A stretch of 64,000 nt of DNA from Chamaesiphon sp. (GTDB lineage: Bacteria; Cyanobacteriota; Cyanobacteriia; Cyanobacteriales; Chamaesiphonaceae): positions 128,001 through 192,000 of the forward strand of contig CBDFFH010000020.1 in assembly GCA_965246715.1 (NCBI GenBank), given 5' to 3'. The number at the start of each line of letters is the position of its first letter. The stretch's first letter is position 1. The notes beneath the pieces were generated by a model. The model saw nothing but the letters and a program-made list of their open reading frames with translations. It was not told where the DNA came from and ran no database searches. A program made the position numbers and the translations under genes. This document shows, in pieces, positions 1-10,117 of this stretch.

Positions 1-308
1 TTTTAGGTGTATACCGTTGGCTGCTTCTGAGCTTTATTAGTTTTGTACTCACCCACTGGGTCTATTTATCCTCAAACGTAAGCCTTCCGCCTGAGTGGAG
101 ACAGGAATCTGAGCTGGCACTTCAACAGTTAATGCCACAGATCGCAGTGAGTTTACTTTTAGTAGAAATCGATCGGAAGCGAGACTTTCTGCTCTCGCAG
201 GGTCTTGCCTTGGAATTAGTCTCGATCTAAATCTAGTACTTATATTCTGGTGCAAGATGTGAGATCGCCCATCAAATTTGAATTGTAAATATTATCCGAA
301 GAAAACCA

Positions 309-1319
309 ATGAACCATAACAATTTAACCGCTGCCGAACAAGCCGCAGCGACCGATACTATCTTAGATATCGATCGAGACGTTCAAGCTAAAAAGGGGCC
401 AGATCTGCGAAAAGATCATCCCAAAAGTCATGGCTTAGTTTGGGGAGAATTTATCATTGCAGATAATATTCCTGACTCGTTCAAAGTAGGTATCTTTTCC
501 CAGCCGAAACCCTATCCAATTTGGGTGCGGTTTTCCAATGCTTCCGATGCCGAAAAACGCGGCAAACTCAAATCGGATCTCGAACCTGATGTTCGGGCAG
601 TTGCCATCAAACTTCTAGAAGTAGCAGGTGAAAAAGTCATCGATGACGAGCCGGAAAGCCAAGATTTCCTACTCATCAATCATCCGGTTTTTTTCGTCCG
701 CGATGCCCAAGGTTTTGCCACCCTAACCAAAGCCACAGTCGGGAAAGCAAATGAGGAAGAGCTACAATCCCTAGCACCCACATTTGAAGTCCTCCAAGCC
801 ATTAGCAGTAAAAAGGTGGCAAATCCACTGCTGATTCAATACTGGAGTACAACGCCCTATCAGTTGGGAGATCGAGCCATTAAGTACACCATCAAACCTC
901 ATCAGCAAGAGGCTCCGACCGTAATTCCCGACATTGAGAATTACCTGCGAGTAGCCACGATCGATTATCTCTCACAGGGCGATGCCACCTTCGACTTCTT
1001 GGTGCAGCTTTACGTCGATGAAGAGAAAACCCCGATCGAAAATCCGATGCAGGAGTGGCGGGAGGAGGATTCACCGTTTATCAAACTTGCGACGATCTCT
1101 ATCCCCGCGCAGAAATTCGATTTTGACGAGCGGAAGCGATTGGATGAGGGATTGTCCTTCAATCCCTGGCATACATTACCAGCACACGCACCGCTCGGAA
1201 GTGTCAATTTAGCTCGCAAGCATGTTTATCAGGAAATGGCTAAAGCGCGACGGGGCTATATCCAACACCGCATCGAGCATCCGAGATCGCATGGTTCGAT
1301 CTTAGACGATCCTGCTTGA
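309..1319 (+). CDS. Catalase-related (small catalase-like heme) protein
   Basis: 336 aa; HPKSHG distal-His motif, VRFSN, and RKHVY (RxxxY) proximal Tyr motif near the C-terminus. Confidence 0.75.
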   Translation: MNHNNLTAAEQAAATDTILDIDRDVQAKKGPDLRKDHPKSHGLVWGEFIIADNIPDSFKVGIFSQPKPYPIWVRFSNASDAEKRGKLKSDLEPDVRAVAIKLLEVAGEKVIDDEPESQDFLLINHPVFFVRDAQGFATLTKATVGKANEEELQSLAPTFEVLQAISSKKVANPLLIQYWSTTPYQLGDRAIKYTIKPHQQEAPTVIPDIENYLRVATIDYLSQGDATFDFLVQLYVDEEKTPIENPMQEWREEDSPFIKLATISIPAQKFDFDERKRLDEGLSFNPWHTLPAHAPLGSVNLARKHVYQEMAKARRGYIQHRIEHPRSHGSILDDPA

Positions 1320-1357
1320 AGATTTCATGAGTGTCACGTTACACGAGGAAAATTTTT

Positions 1358-2074
1358 ATGTCGCTCAAAGATAAACATATCGTGCTGATTGGGGCAAGTT
1401 CGGGGATGGGATTAGCCACGGCTAAAGCGGCGGCTGAAGCTGGCGCAAAGGTAACATTGGTATCGCGAAAGCCAGATGCACTCGAACGCGCCGTCACCAA
1501 AGTGGGAGCGGGAGCGCAAGGGATTGTCGCCGACATTGGCGACGAACGGGCGATCGAGTCGTTATTTGCCCAAGTCGAGACGGTAGATCATCTAGTTACG
1601 GCTGCTGCTAATTTGACCTTCTCGCCCGTCCAGCAGCTCGCTGGTGCTGCTGCCAAGCAAATCGTCGCGAGTAAGATTCTCGGCCCCTTCTACGCTGTCA
1701 AACATGGGACATCTCGCTTGAATGAGAACGGTTCGATCGTATTTATATCCGGCTTTTCAGCCTGGAAGCCCGTTCCCGGTACCGCATTGATTGCGGCTGT
1801 GGATAGCGCACTCGCTGGCTTCTGTCGATCGCTCGCCGTCGAGCTGGCTCCGATTCGAGTCAATGTCATGGCACCAGGCGTAGTTGAAACGTTGATGTGG
1901 GAAGGCGTACCGGAGGCTGAACGCAAAGCATTTTTTGCAACTATCAGCGAACAGTTACCCGTTAAGCGGATGGGTACCTTAACGGATATGGCAGATGCAG
2001 TTCTGTATCTGATGCAAAACAGTTTCATCACGGGAACGGTACTTCATGTTGATGGGGGACATCAACTCATTTAA
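1358..2074 (+). CDS. SDR family oxidoreductase
   Basis: GASSGMG Rossmann motif, IRVNVMAPG, VDGG C-terminus; ATG at 1358 follows GAGG. Confidence 0.85.
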   Translation: MSLKDKHIVLIGASSGMGLATAKAAAEAGAKVTLVSRKPDALERAVTKVGAGAQGIVADIGDERAIESLFAQVETVDHLVTAAANLTFSPVQQLAGAAAKQIVASKILGPFYAVKHGTSRLNENGSIVFISGFSAWKPVPGTALIAAVDSALAGFCRSLAVELAPIRVNVMAPGVVETLMWEGVPEAERKAFFATISEQLPVKRMGTLTDMADAVLYLMQNSFITGTVLHVDGGHQLI

Positions 2075-2107
2075 TTCACCACTAACACGAGATCGGGAGA
2101 AAAAATC

Positions 2108-3667
2108 ATGACTCAATACGATTACATTATCATCGGTGCGGGTTCGGCAGGCTGCGTGGTTGCGAACCGTTTGACTGAAGATAACAACACAACAGTTCTA
2201 TTACTCGAAGCTGGTAATCCAGATACAAAGCCAGAGATTCAAACCCCATTAGAAGGGATGAAGCTACTAGGCTCTGAGGTGGATTGGAGCTATTTCTCCG
2301 AACCAGAACCATACCTAAATAACCGCAAAATCTTTTGTCCTCGTGGCAAAGTTCTGGGTGGTAGTAGCTCGATTAATTTCATGGTTTATATCCGAGGCAA
2401 TCATCGCGATTACGATCGGTGGCAGTCATTGGGCAATCCTGGTTGGAGTTATCAGGATCTGTTGCCATATTTCAAGAAATCCGAGCATCAACAACGCGGA
2501 GCTGACGCATACCACAGTGTGGATGGGGAATTGAGCGTTACGGATCTGATTTCCCCCACTGTAACATCCCAATTATTTGTCGAAGCAGCGATCGAAATGG
2601 GATATCCCTATAATCCCGACTTCAACGGTATCCACCAAGAAGGTGCGGGCATCTACCAGATGACAATTAAGGATGGTAAGCGTCACAGTGCCGCTGCTGC
2701 ATTTCTCCAACCCATTCTCCAGCGTCCCAATTTGACGATAACGACAGGCGCATTGGTGACTCGGTTGTTATTTGAGGGCAACCGTACCGTTGGGGTGGAA
2801 TACTTGCACGAGGGCACGCTACACCAAATCCGAGTTAACCAGGAAGTTATTCTAAGTGCTGGCGCATTCGACTCGCCCAAACTGCTGATGCTCTCAGGCA
2901 TTGGCAATGCCGAACACCTGCGCTCGTTGAGTATCCCCGTCGTAGTCGATTTGCCAGGTGTCGGTCAAAATCTCCAAGATCATCCGATCGTGCCTGTAGC
3001 ACATCAGATCGATCGGGATATACACCCAGCAATTACTAGTAATGGCATCGCTGAAGCCGCATTGTTTTTGCATAGCGAGAATAACCTTGATGCTGCACCA
3101 GATTTGAACTTTTTCTCATGTCCCGTATTTTTAGCACCCCCTAACTATGCCCCTGCTGGTACGGGATTTGTTGGTTTAGTCTGTTTGACTCATCCCGAAA
3201 GTCGGGGTAGTGTCAGCTTACGTTCGTCCGATCCCCAAGATCCGCCGAGTATTTTGATGAACTATCTCCAAAGTAGTTCCGATCTGCAAAAGGTAGTTGT
3301 TGGGGTTAAACTCATCCGCCAACTATTTCAAACCACTGCTTTCGATGAGTTTCGCGGTGAGGAAGTCGCTCCTGGCGATAATGTTCAAAGCGACGAAGCG
3401 ATCGAATCCCATATCCGAGCATCTTGCACTACTTTATATCATCCAGTCGGCACCTGCAAAATGGGCACAGATCCAATGGCGGTTGTAGATCCCGAAGTAC
3501 GGGTACATGGGGTGCGGGGATTGCGAGTGGTAGATGCTTCAATTATGCCAACTTTAACTACTGGCAATACTAGCGCGCCGACGATCGCGATCGGCGAAAA
3601 AGCTGCCGATTTAATTAAAGAGGCAAGTGGCGTTTTACATCAAGTACCTGCCACAGTTTTCAATTAA
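2108..3667 (+). CDS. GMC (choline dehydrogenase-like) oxidoreductase, paralog 1
   Basis: GAGSAG, RGKVLGGSSSIN, GQNLQDH, HPVGTC, LRVVDAS motifs. Confidence 0.9.
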   Translation: MTQYDYIIIGAGSAGCVVANRLTEDNNTTVLLLEAGNPDTKPEIQTPLEGMKLLGSEVDWSYFSEPEPYLNNRKIFCPRGKVLGGSSSINFMVYIRGNHRDYDRWQSLGNPGWSYQDLLPYFKKSEHQQRGADAYHSVDGELSVTDLISPTVTSQLFVEAAIEMGYPYNPDFNGIHQEGAGIYQMTIKDGKRHSAAAAFLQPILQRPNLTITTGALVTRLLFEGNRTVGVEYLHEGTLHQIRVNQEVILSAGAFDSPKLLMLSGIGNAEHLRSLSIPVVVDLPGVGQNLQDHPIVPVAHQIDRDIHPAITSNGIAEAALFLHSENNLDAAPDLNFFSCPVFLAPPNYAPAGTGFVGLVCLTHPESRGSVSLRSSDPQDPPSILMNYLQSSSDLQKVVVGVKLIRQLFQTTAFDEFRGEEVAPGDNVQSDEAIESHIRASCTTLYHPVGTCKMGTDPMAVVDPEVRVHGVRGLRVVDASIMPTLTTGNTSAPTIAIGEKAADLIKEASGVLHQVPATVFN

Positions 3668-3691
3668 CAAATGTGCGTGGCTCGAATATTT

Positions 3692-3723
3692 ACTGTGGGT
3701 TGAACGTAGTTTCACCCCACAGT
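3692..3723. terminator. Hairpin between convergent genes
   Basis: ACTGTGGGTTGAA...TTCACCCCACAGT imperfect inverted repeat. Confidence 0.45.
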
Positions 3724-3804
3724 CTGGATTAAAATAAGTGCCAATTTAAGGGCATTTTCGATAGTCATCATTTTACTCCTACGTTTGTGTAATGGTATCG
3801 ATCG

Positions 3805-4695
3805 TTAAAAAGCAGCCGCAAATTCTTTGGCAAAATCTGCCAGCTTTACTTTGCCCATCACCATTGGTTTATTGCGATAATAATCTTCTGCCAATAAACC
3901 GCTATGAAGACTGGCATACATTTCAACTAAACCAGCAGCAATTTGTGGATTCATTCCAGCAGATTCTAAATCACTGAGCATTTGTGCGTTGCCAATAATT
4001 ATCCATTGTAGATCGGGTTTGCCAATTGCCGCACCTAAAATACGCGCAGTTTCGTTACCTGTAAGTTCCTCACTTGCTACATACCGCACCTTTCTACCAA
4101 CCAGCGGTATTGCTATTTCTTCAGCAATTACCGCCGCAATATCGATTGGCGAAACCCAAGGGATTTTGTCATCTGCACCGTAGTTGGCGGCGATCCCACC
4201 CACCGCTTTTATCGTCTCCACATAGCCAAATAAATTATAGTAGAAAGAAGTAGGACGCAGATGAGTAATGGCTACATCTGATGATAATTTGTTGAGAATC
4301 TGCTCTACATCGTGAGCACCAAGTAAAATCCCCGATCCTTGCTCTAAATGAGCACCAATGCTACTTAGGTTCACCACCCGTTTTACGCCTGATTGCCTGA
4401 TGGCTCGTGCGTAGTTATTGCCGAGTCGGCGATAATATGCCAACAGATCGAGAGTAAGATCGAAGTAGTTGTTTGGCGGCACCATACAATAAACGGCATC
4501 TGCACCTGTAAAGGTGGACACCAAGAAATCGACATCTTCTAATGAGCCAATGGCGGCGGTGGCTCCCAATGCTTCAATGTCTGTTTGTCTTTGCTCATTG
4601 CTACTTATTACCGTTACGTGATGTCCTTTTTGCACCAATTCTTTTGTCAGTGGCTTGCTGATGTTTCCGAGTGAACCTGTAACGATAACTTTCAT
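3805..4695 (-). CDS. NmrA-like NAD(P)H-binding protein
   Basis: N-terminal VTGSLGNIS, VVNLSSIGA, LRPTSF, DIA motifs. Confidence 0.8.
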   Translation of the reverse strand: MKVIVTGSLGNISKPLTKELVQKGHHVTVISSNEQRQTDIEALGATAAIGSLEDVDFLVSTFTGADAVYCMVPPNNYFDLTLDLLAYYRRLGNNYARAIRQSGVKRVVNLSSIGAHLEQGSGILLGAHDVEQILNKLSSDVAITHLRPTSFYYNLFGYVETIKAVGGIAANYGADDKIPWVSPIDIAAVIAEEIAIPLVGRKVRYVASEELTGNETARILGAAIGKPDLQWIIIGNAQMLSDLESAGMNPQIAAGLVEMYASLHSGLLAEDYYRNKPMVMGKVKLADFAKEFAAAF

Positions 4696-4746
4696 GAGTA
4701 CCTCATTTGGTATGGTTTGATCGGTTGGAGGGTTAACTATCCAGAA

Positions 4747-5481
4747 CTACCACAGGCTCTCTCCTGTTTCTGGGCTGTTGTCATCACTCAAAAACTTTCC
4801 GGTCGGGCCGTCCGCTTCGATGGTGGCATATTTCACCAACCGCGCGGCGGCATCTTCTACAGTCCCAGGGCCACTGTGCTGGTTAAAATCTGTGGCAGTA
4901 TATCCGGGATCGACAGCATTGACTTTAAACGGTGTATCCCGCAATTCGGAAGCCAGAACGATCGTGTACATATTAAGTGCCGCTTTTGATGAGTTATAAA
5001 CAGCCGCTTTAACGTTGTAATACTTCCAATTAGGGTCGTTGTGTAGGGTGAGCGAACCCAAACCTGAGGTTACATTCACGATGCGGGGTTGGGTAGACTT
5101 TTGCAGCAAATCTATGAAAGCCTGGGTAACTCTCACAACACCAAACAAATTCGTATCAAACACCTGCTTAAAAACAGCTATGTCTGTACTTGTTGTCTGA
5201 GGCATACCACCACTAATACCCGCGTTATTAATCAGTACATCCAATACTTTGGTTTTTTTGCCGATTTCGACTCTTGCCGCTTTTACTGATTCATCATTGC
5301 TGACATCTATTTGGATGGCTTCGAGATTATTCAAGCTTTCGGCTTTGAGCTTTTCGACAGCTTCTAGACCATTCTCTAAATTACGGCTGCCTAAATAAAT
5401 GTAATATCCCTGTTGCAACAGTTGACGGGCGGTTTCAAAACCAATACTTTTATTGGCTCCAGTGATTAGTGCTGTTTTCAT
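4747..5481 (-). CDS. SDR family (carbonyl reductase-like) oxidoreductase
   Basis: TGANKSIG, NNAG, YNSSK, VDPGYTATD. Confidence 0.88.
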   Translation of the reverse strand: MKTALITGANKSIGFETARQLLQQGYYIYLGSRNLENGLEAVEKLKAESLNNLEAIQIDVSNDESVKAARVEIGKKTKVLDVLINNAGISGGMPQTTSTDIAVFKQVFDTNLFGVVRVTQAFIDLLQKSTQPRIVNVTSGLGSLTLHNDPNWKYYNVKAAVYNSSKAALNMYTIVLASELRDTPFKVNAVDPGYTATDFNQHSGPGTVEDAAARLVKYATIEADGPTGKFLSDDNSPETGESLW

Positions 5482-5573
5482 TTTGATTGTTCTCCCGATA
5501 TTTTTAGATAAATTTTGAATTCATTGACCGATACAAGATCGATTGCTTTCGGATCTCCTCGTTGCTGAAGCCG

Positions 5574-6626
5574 CTATTGCCAGCCTCGAACGATCGTGCC
5601 GCCGAAGATACTGCGATTTATTTCTGGGGTGAAAATGCTGTAGGGAAATCCTGGATCGATCGCACTGCTCTCATCCATAGTCTTTAGCTGTTCTGGGGTA
5701 AGGCGGATTTCTAGTGAGGACAAGTTATCGTGCAACTGCTCCAGCTTGCTGGCTCCCAAGATCGGTGCGGTCATCCCTGGTTGTGCCGAAACCCAGGCGA
5801 GGGCAACCTGTGCTAGCGGACGCTCGATCTGCGCCGCTACCGTCCGCAGGGTATCGAGAACGCGCCAGTTGCGATCTGTAAACATCATATTCCCGAACGG
5901 ATTGGAGCCAATCAGCCGACCTTCACCGCTTGCCCCATCGCTCTCGCGCTGATACTTACCCGTCAGGAAGCCTGCTGCCAACGGACTCCAGGGGCAGATG
6001 CCCAGACCGCATTCACGGGCGGCGGGGAGATGTTCGCGCTCGATATTACGCTCGACGAGTGAATACGCCAGTTGCATGGCAATTGGACTGGGGAGATTAT
6101 GCGCTGCTGCTAGTGTGGCAGACTTAGTGGCGTACCAAGCGGGGATATCTGAGAAACCAAAGTAGCGAATCTTGCCAGCGCGTACTAGGTCGCCGAGGGT
6201 CTGAAGCACCTCTTCGACGGGCGTGACCATATCCCAAACGTGCATCCAATACAGGTCTACATAGTCGGTATTGAGACGGCGCAGCGATCCCTCCAGCGCA
6301 CGGTGGATGTTCTTGCGACCGTTGCCACCAGTATTCGGGTTGCCAGATTCGCCGCCATGAAAACCGCATTTGGTGGCGAGTACCAATCGATCGCGCAAAT
6401 TGCGATCGGTAATATAGCCACCGATGAGTTCTTCGCTCCGACCGTTTGCATACACGTCGGCGGTATCGATGAAGTTACCACCTGCCTCGACGTAGGCGTG
6501 GAAGATTGACTCGGAAACGTCATCGGGCGAACCCCATCGCTGGGTACCAAAGGTCATAGTGCCCAGACCTAATGGACTAACAATCAGTCCAGAGCGACCG
6601 AGAGTGCGGTAGGATGTGAGGCTCAT
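5574..6626 (-). CDS. Aldo/keto reductase
   Basis: LGLGTMTFG, FIDTADVY, LATK, DLYWMH, WSPLAAG. Confidence 0.9.
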   Translation of the reverse strand: MSLTSYRTLGRSGLIVSPLGLGTMTFGTQRWGSPDDVSESIFHAYVEAGGNFIDTADVYANGRSEELIGGYITDRNLRDRLVLATKCGFHGGESGNPNTGGNGRKNIHRALEGSLRRLNTDYVDLYWMHVWDMVTPVEEVLQTLGDLVRAGKIRYFGFSDIPAWYATKSATLAAAHNLPSPIAMQLAYSLVERNIEREHLPAARECGLGICPWSPLAAGFLTGKYQRESDGASGEGRLIGSNPFGNMMFTDRNWRVLDTLRTVAAQIERPLAQVALAWVSAQPGMTAPILGASKLEQLHDNLSSLEIRLTPEQLKTMDESSAIDPGFPYSIFTPEINRSIFGGTIVRGWQ

Positions 6627-6693
6627 TGGATTCTTTCCTGGTTAGAATAAAGTCGGTGGTAGTGGCGGATCTCGCTTTCGTCGCGTTCGATGC

Positions 6694-7428
6694 CTAGTAT
6701 GCGCTGGCTGTGGAACGGACGATGATTTCATTGATATCGATATCCTCTGGCTGCGAAACAGCATATAAAACCGCTTTGGCGATCGCCTCTGAACTTAATG
6801 CGGTTTTACGGAGTTCCTTCAAAAAGCCCTGTGATACCTCATCCGTGATGTCAGAGCCAAGTTCGGTTTCAGTTACGCCTGGAGATATAATCGTCACGCG
6901 AATGTTCTTGGATTCCTGCCGTAATCCATCCGAGATCGCCCAAACAGCATATTTGGTTGCCGAATAGACTGCACTAGTCGGCCCCACCGTATGGGCGGCG
7001 ATCGAAGCATTATTAATAATCTGTCCGCCACCTTGGGCTGTCATGATTGGTAGCACCGCTGCAATGCCATTCAAGACACCGTGAATATTCACATCAATCA
7101 TCTTGTCCCACTCATCAACTTTAAGATCTTTCATCAGGGACAAGGGCATCACTCCGGCATTATTAAAGATGACATCAATTCGTCCAAACTTATCTTTGGC
7201 AAATTGGACGATCTCGGCGAATTGACTGCGTTGGGTCACATCGAGAGCTTGGTATTCAGCGATACCACCCTCAGCATGAATCTCTTTGACAATTGTTTCT
7301 AATCGCTCGATCCGCCGTGCGCCCAAAACTACTTTCGCGCCATTTTTAGCCAGCAACTTGGCAGTAGCTTCACCAATTCCGCTACTAGCTCCAGTAATAA
7401 TAACAACTTTATTTTCTACGTTTAACAT
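6694..7428 (-). CDS. SDR family oxidoreductase
   Basis: TGASSGIG, NNAG, YSATK. Confidence 0.9.
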   Translation of the reverse strand: MLNVENKVVIITGASSGIGEATAKLLAKNGAKVVLGARRIERLETIVKEIHAEGGIAEYQALDVTQRSQFAEIVQFAKDKFGRIDVIFNNAGVMPLSLMKDLKVDEWDKMIDVNIHGVLNGIAAVLPIMTAQGGGQIINNASIAAHTVGPTSAVYSATKYAVWAISDGLRQESKNIRVTIISPGVTETELGSDITDEVSQGFLKELRKTALSSEAIAKAVLYAVSQPEDIDINEIIVRSTASAY

Positions 7429-7601
7429 GGTTGTCTTTTCTGTTTGATGCCGATGAATTCATAGTAAAAGCAGCAGCCCCAGTTTTAAATACACAGACCT
7501 CGCTGTTTATTGCCTAATCCTCCAAGTCAAGCTTTTGGGCAGAGATTAGATACGTTAGAATGCTCGAAAGGAAACGAGCGAATCCTGACGGAGTAACTAG
7601 C

Positions 7602-8525
7602 ATGACGATAGGCATACTCAACCACAGTCCGATCTCGGAGCGATGTCTCGAACTAGCAACACTCGTAACCCGACACACCGACGGCAAGGGGAACGGTTTT
7701 CATCAGACAGGGATCGATCGATTAGAGTTTCAGCGGGAATCTGCTGCGCCAGTCTGCCTCCACGGTGTCAGCACACCGATCTTTGCCATCCTCTTACAGG
7801 GCAAAAAGCAAGTATTACTGGGGGAGGAAACCTATAGTTACGGTGCGTCTCAATATCTGGTTGTCTCGATCGATCTACCGATGAGCGGATTTGTAGTCGA
7901 GGCAACTCCAGATCGGCCTTATTTAGGCTTCAAGTTAGACTTAGATTTGCATCAACTTTGCGATATTATTACCGCTCAAACCAAGCCAAGTGCGAGTAAG
8001 CCAGAGAATTCTGTGAGAGGATTGTTTGTCAGCACCGCCGACACCACCTTACTCGATTGCGCCCTCAGACTGACAAGACTATTGGATACACCTCAAGATA
8101 TCCCGATCGTGGCTCCGCTGATTATCCACGAAATTTACTATCGTCTGTTAATGGGCGAACAAGGTGAAGCTGTCCGTCAGATTGCCACATCGGGTAGTAA
8201 GATGCAACGGATCGCCGAAGTGATTCAAGTTATTAAGACCGATCTGAATCGAGCGATGCGAGTTGAGGATTTAGCAGATCGAGCGAATATGTCGGCTTCA
8301 TCTTTTCATCATCATTTCAAGCAAGTGACATCGATGAGTCCGTTGCAATATCAAAAGCAATTAAGGCTACTCGAAGCCCGTCGCCTGATGCTGGCTGAAA
8401 ATTCCACTGCGACGATTGCGGCAGATCGAGTAGGCTATGAGAGCACTTCACAATTTAGTCGTGAATATTCCCGCATGTTTGGTGCGCCGCCGATGGGAGA
8501 TATCAAACGTTTACGGATAGCTTGA
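7602..8525 (+). CDS. AraC family regulator (YqhC-like), divergent from the reductase cluster
   Basis: C-terminal HTH: SPLQYQKQLRL...VGYESTSQFSREYSRMFG; start could be 7560. Confidence 0.88.
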   Translation: MTIGILNHSPISERCLELATLVTRHTDGKGNGFHQTGIDRLEFQRESAAPVCLHGVSTPIFAILLQGKKQVLLGEETYSYGASQYLVVSIDLPMSGFVVEATPDRPYLGFKLDLDLHQLCDIITAQTKPSASKPENSVRGLFVSTADTTLLDCALRLTRLLDTPQDIPIVAPLIIHEIYYRLLMGEQGEAVRQIATSGSKMQRIAEVIQVIKTDLNRAMRVEDLADRANMSASSFHHHFKQVTSMSPLQYQKQLRLLEARRLMLAENSTATIAADRVGYESTSQFSREYSRMFGAPPMGDIKRLRIA

Positions 8526-8550
8526 AGATAGACTATTCGGTGCGCCATTT

Positions 8551-8579
8551 GATCGGGCGTTGACTTTCAACGCCCGATC
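8551..8579. terminator. Perfect hairpin after AraC gene
   Basis: GATCGGGCGTTGA-CTT-TCAACGCCCGATC, 13-bp stem. Confidence 0.5.
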
Positions 8580-8614
8580 GAGTTTATGGATTCCTTTGAA
8601 AATATCTCGACAAC

Positions 8615-8686
8615 TTACTACTCGTCAAGCGGCATTTCCCAAGTGAGATAAACATTTTCATTTAATCCTAACGGAAAATTATCTGT
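8615..8686 (+). repeat. Dispersed ~70-bp intergenic repeat, copy 1 (others ~41986-42059 and ~46472-46543)
   Basis: ATTTAATCCTAACGGAAAATTATCTGT identical at 8660-8686 and 46517-46543, with similar upstream sequence. Confidence 0.7.
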
Positions 8687-8719
8687 TGCTCGCTCAACGC
8701 GCCCTAACCCTTATCTCTC

Positions 8720-9708
8720 ATGAACCCACTCAGCCCAACCGATTTAATTCGCGAGCGTTATGGCAGCAACGCCTTCAATCCAGAACACCTCTGGAATGAG
8801 ACGTTAGCAACGCTGCTGTCTCACCGCTCGGTACGTGCCTATTTACCAGACGCATTACCATCTCAAACCCTGGAAACTCTGATTGCGGCTGCCCAAGCAG
8901 CGGCAACATCTTCTAATCTGCAAACCTGGAGCGTCGTAGCGATCGAAGATCCGGCACGGAAAAGCACTTTAGCTCAACTAGCAGGCAATCAGGAGCAGAT
9001 CGACCAGTGTCCTTTATTTCTAGTTTGGTTAGCCGATCTAGCACGGCTGGATTACCTCGCCGCCCAGCGGGAGCTGCCCGCTGCTGGGTTGGATTACCTG
9101 GAGATGTTTGTTACTGCCCATATTCCGCACTTCGGAAAAGTAGTATGAAAAAAGCCTGATTTTACGTTGCGGCGATCGACAAGCTACTAGCATTTACAAT
9201 CAGTAACATGGCTAAAATGTCGAGTCTTCGTATATTACTCTTCGATCGGAAATCGAAGTGCGGAATGTGGGTTACTGCCGTCATTGATGCCTCACTGGCT
9301 GCCCAGAATGCCACGCTCGCGGCTGAGTCTCTAGGGCTGGGCACGGTCTACATTGGTGGCATCCGCAACCAGCCCGAACAAGTTGCCAAGACGCTGAAAC
9401 TGCCGCCCCACCTGTTTGCGGTGTTTGGGTTGTGTGTGGGCTATCCCGATCTGGCAAAATTGGCAGCGGTTAAACCCCGATTACCTCAAGCGGCTGTACT
9501 CCATCGCGAAACGTACAATCTCGCCCAGCAAGATGCGGCGATTACTGAGTACAACGAGGTGATGCGACAGTTCTACGAGTCTCAACAGATGAATGTTGCT
9601 GGAGACTGGGTGGAGCATTCCCTCAAACGAGTCGCGACAGCACAGGCATTGAGTGGGCGCGATCGGTTGAGGGAACAGTTACACCGACTTGGATTCCCGC
9701 TGCTGTGA
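8720..9708 (+). pseudogene. NfsA/Frp-like NADPH-dependent nitroreductase interrupted by a MITE
   Basis: N-part HRSVRAY/ATSSNLQ and C-part AAQNA..AESLGLG..KPRLP; removing the insert and one duplication restores MFVTAVIDA. Confidence 0.88.
9118..9270. mobile_element. 153-bp MITE
   Basis: Ends CCATATTCCGCACTTCG / CGAAGTGCGGAATGTGG (16/17 inverted match); flanking direct repeat GTTACTGC(C) at 9110 and 9271. Confidence 0.88.
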
Positions 9709-10117
9709 TGGTATTTTCTAACTACTTATCCCTGCTGCGAAGAAGTATTTTTACGCCATTCGGCATTTAAAAATTAGTAATTTATTGTCACTAAAAATTT
9801 GGATTTTGGTATGAGCTAATCGTCAAACAGTAACGCAATTTTGGCCACCTTTTGTCACTATAAAAGGCTAGATCTGCTGGCTGCTCGCATCGATTTGAGT
9901 CAATCAAACGGACGGCGACAAAGCTGCTTAGCTTTGTACTTAATGCGAGCGATCGAGTCTGTCTAAAGAGAGATGAAATTTTACTCCAGTAGACATTATC
10001 ATATCCCAAAGCGACTCGCCGTTTAAAAATTCCAAACTACCAATCGGATTCTAGTTCGCACGATCGGATAGTGATGTCTAAGCCGCGCCTAATTGAGAGC
10101 GGTTAACAATTCAAATT

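Noticed and set aside
49..255. 68-aa minus-strand ORF at window start
   Set aside because: No motif or clear RBS; cannot be supported without upstream context.
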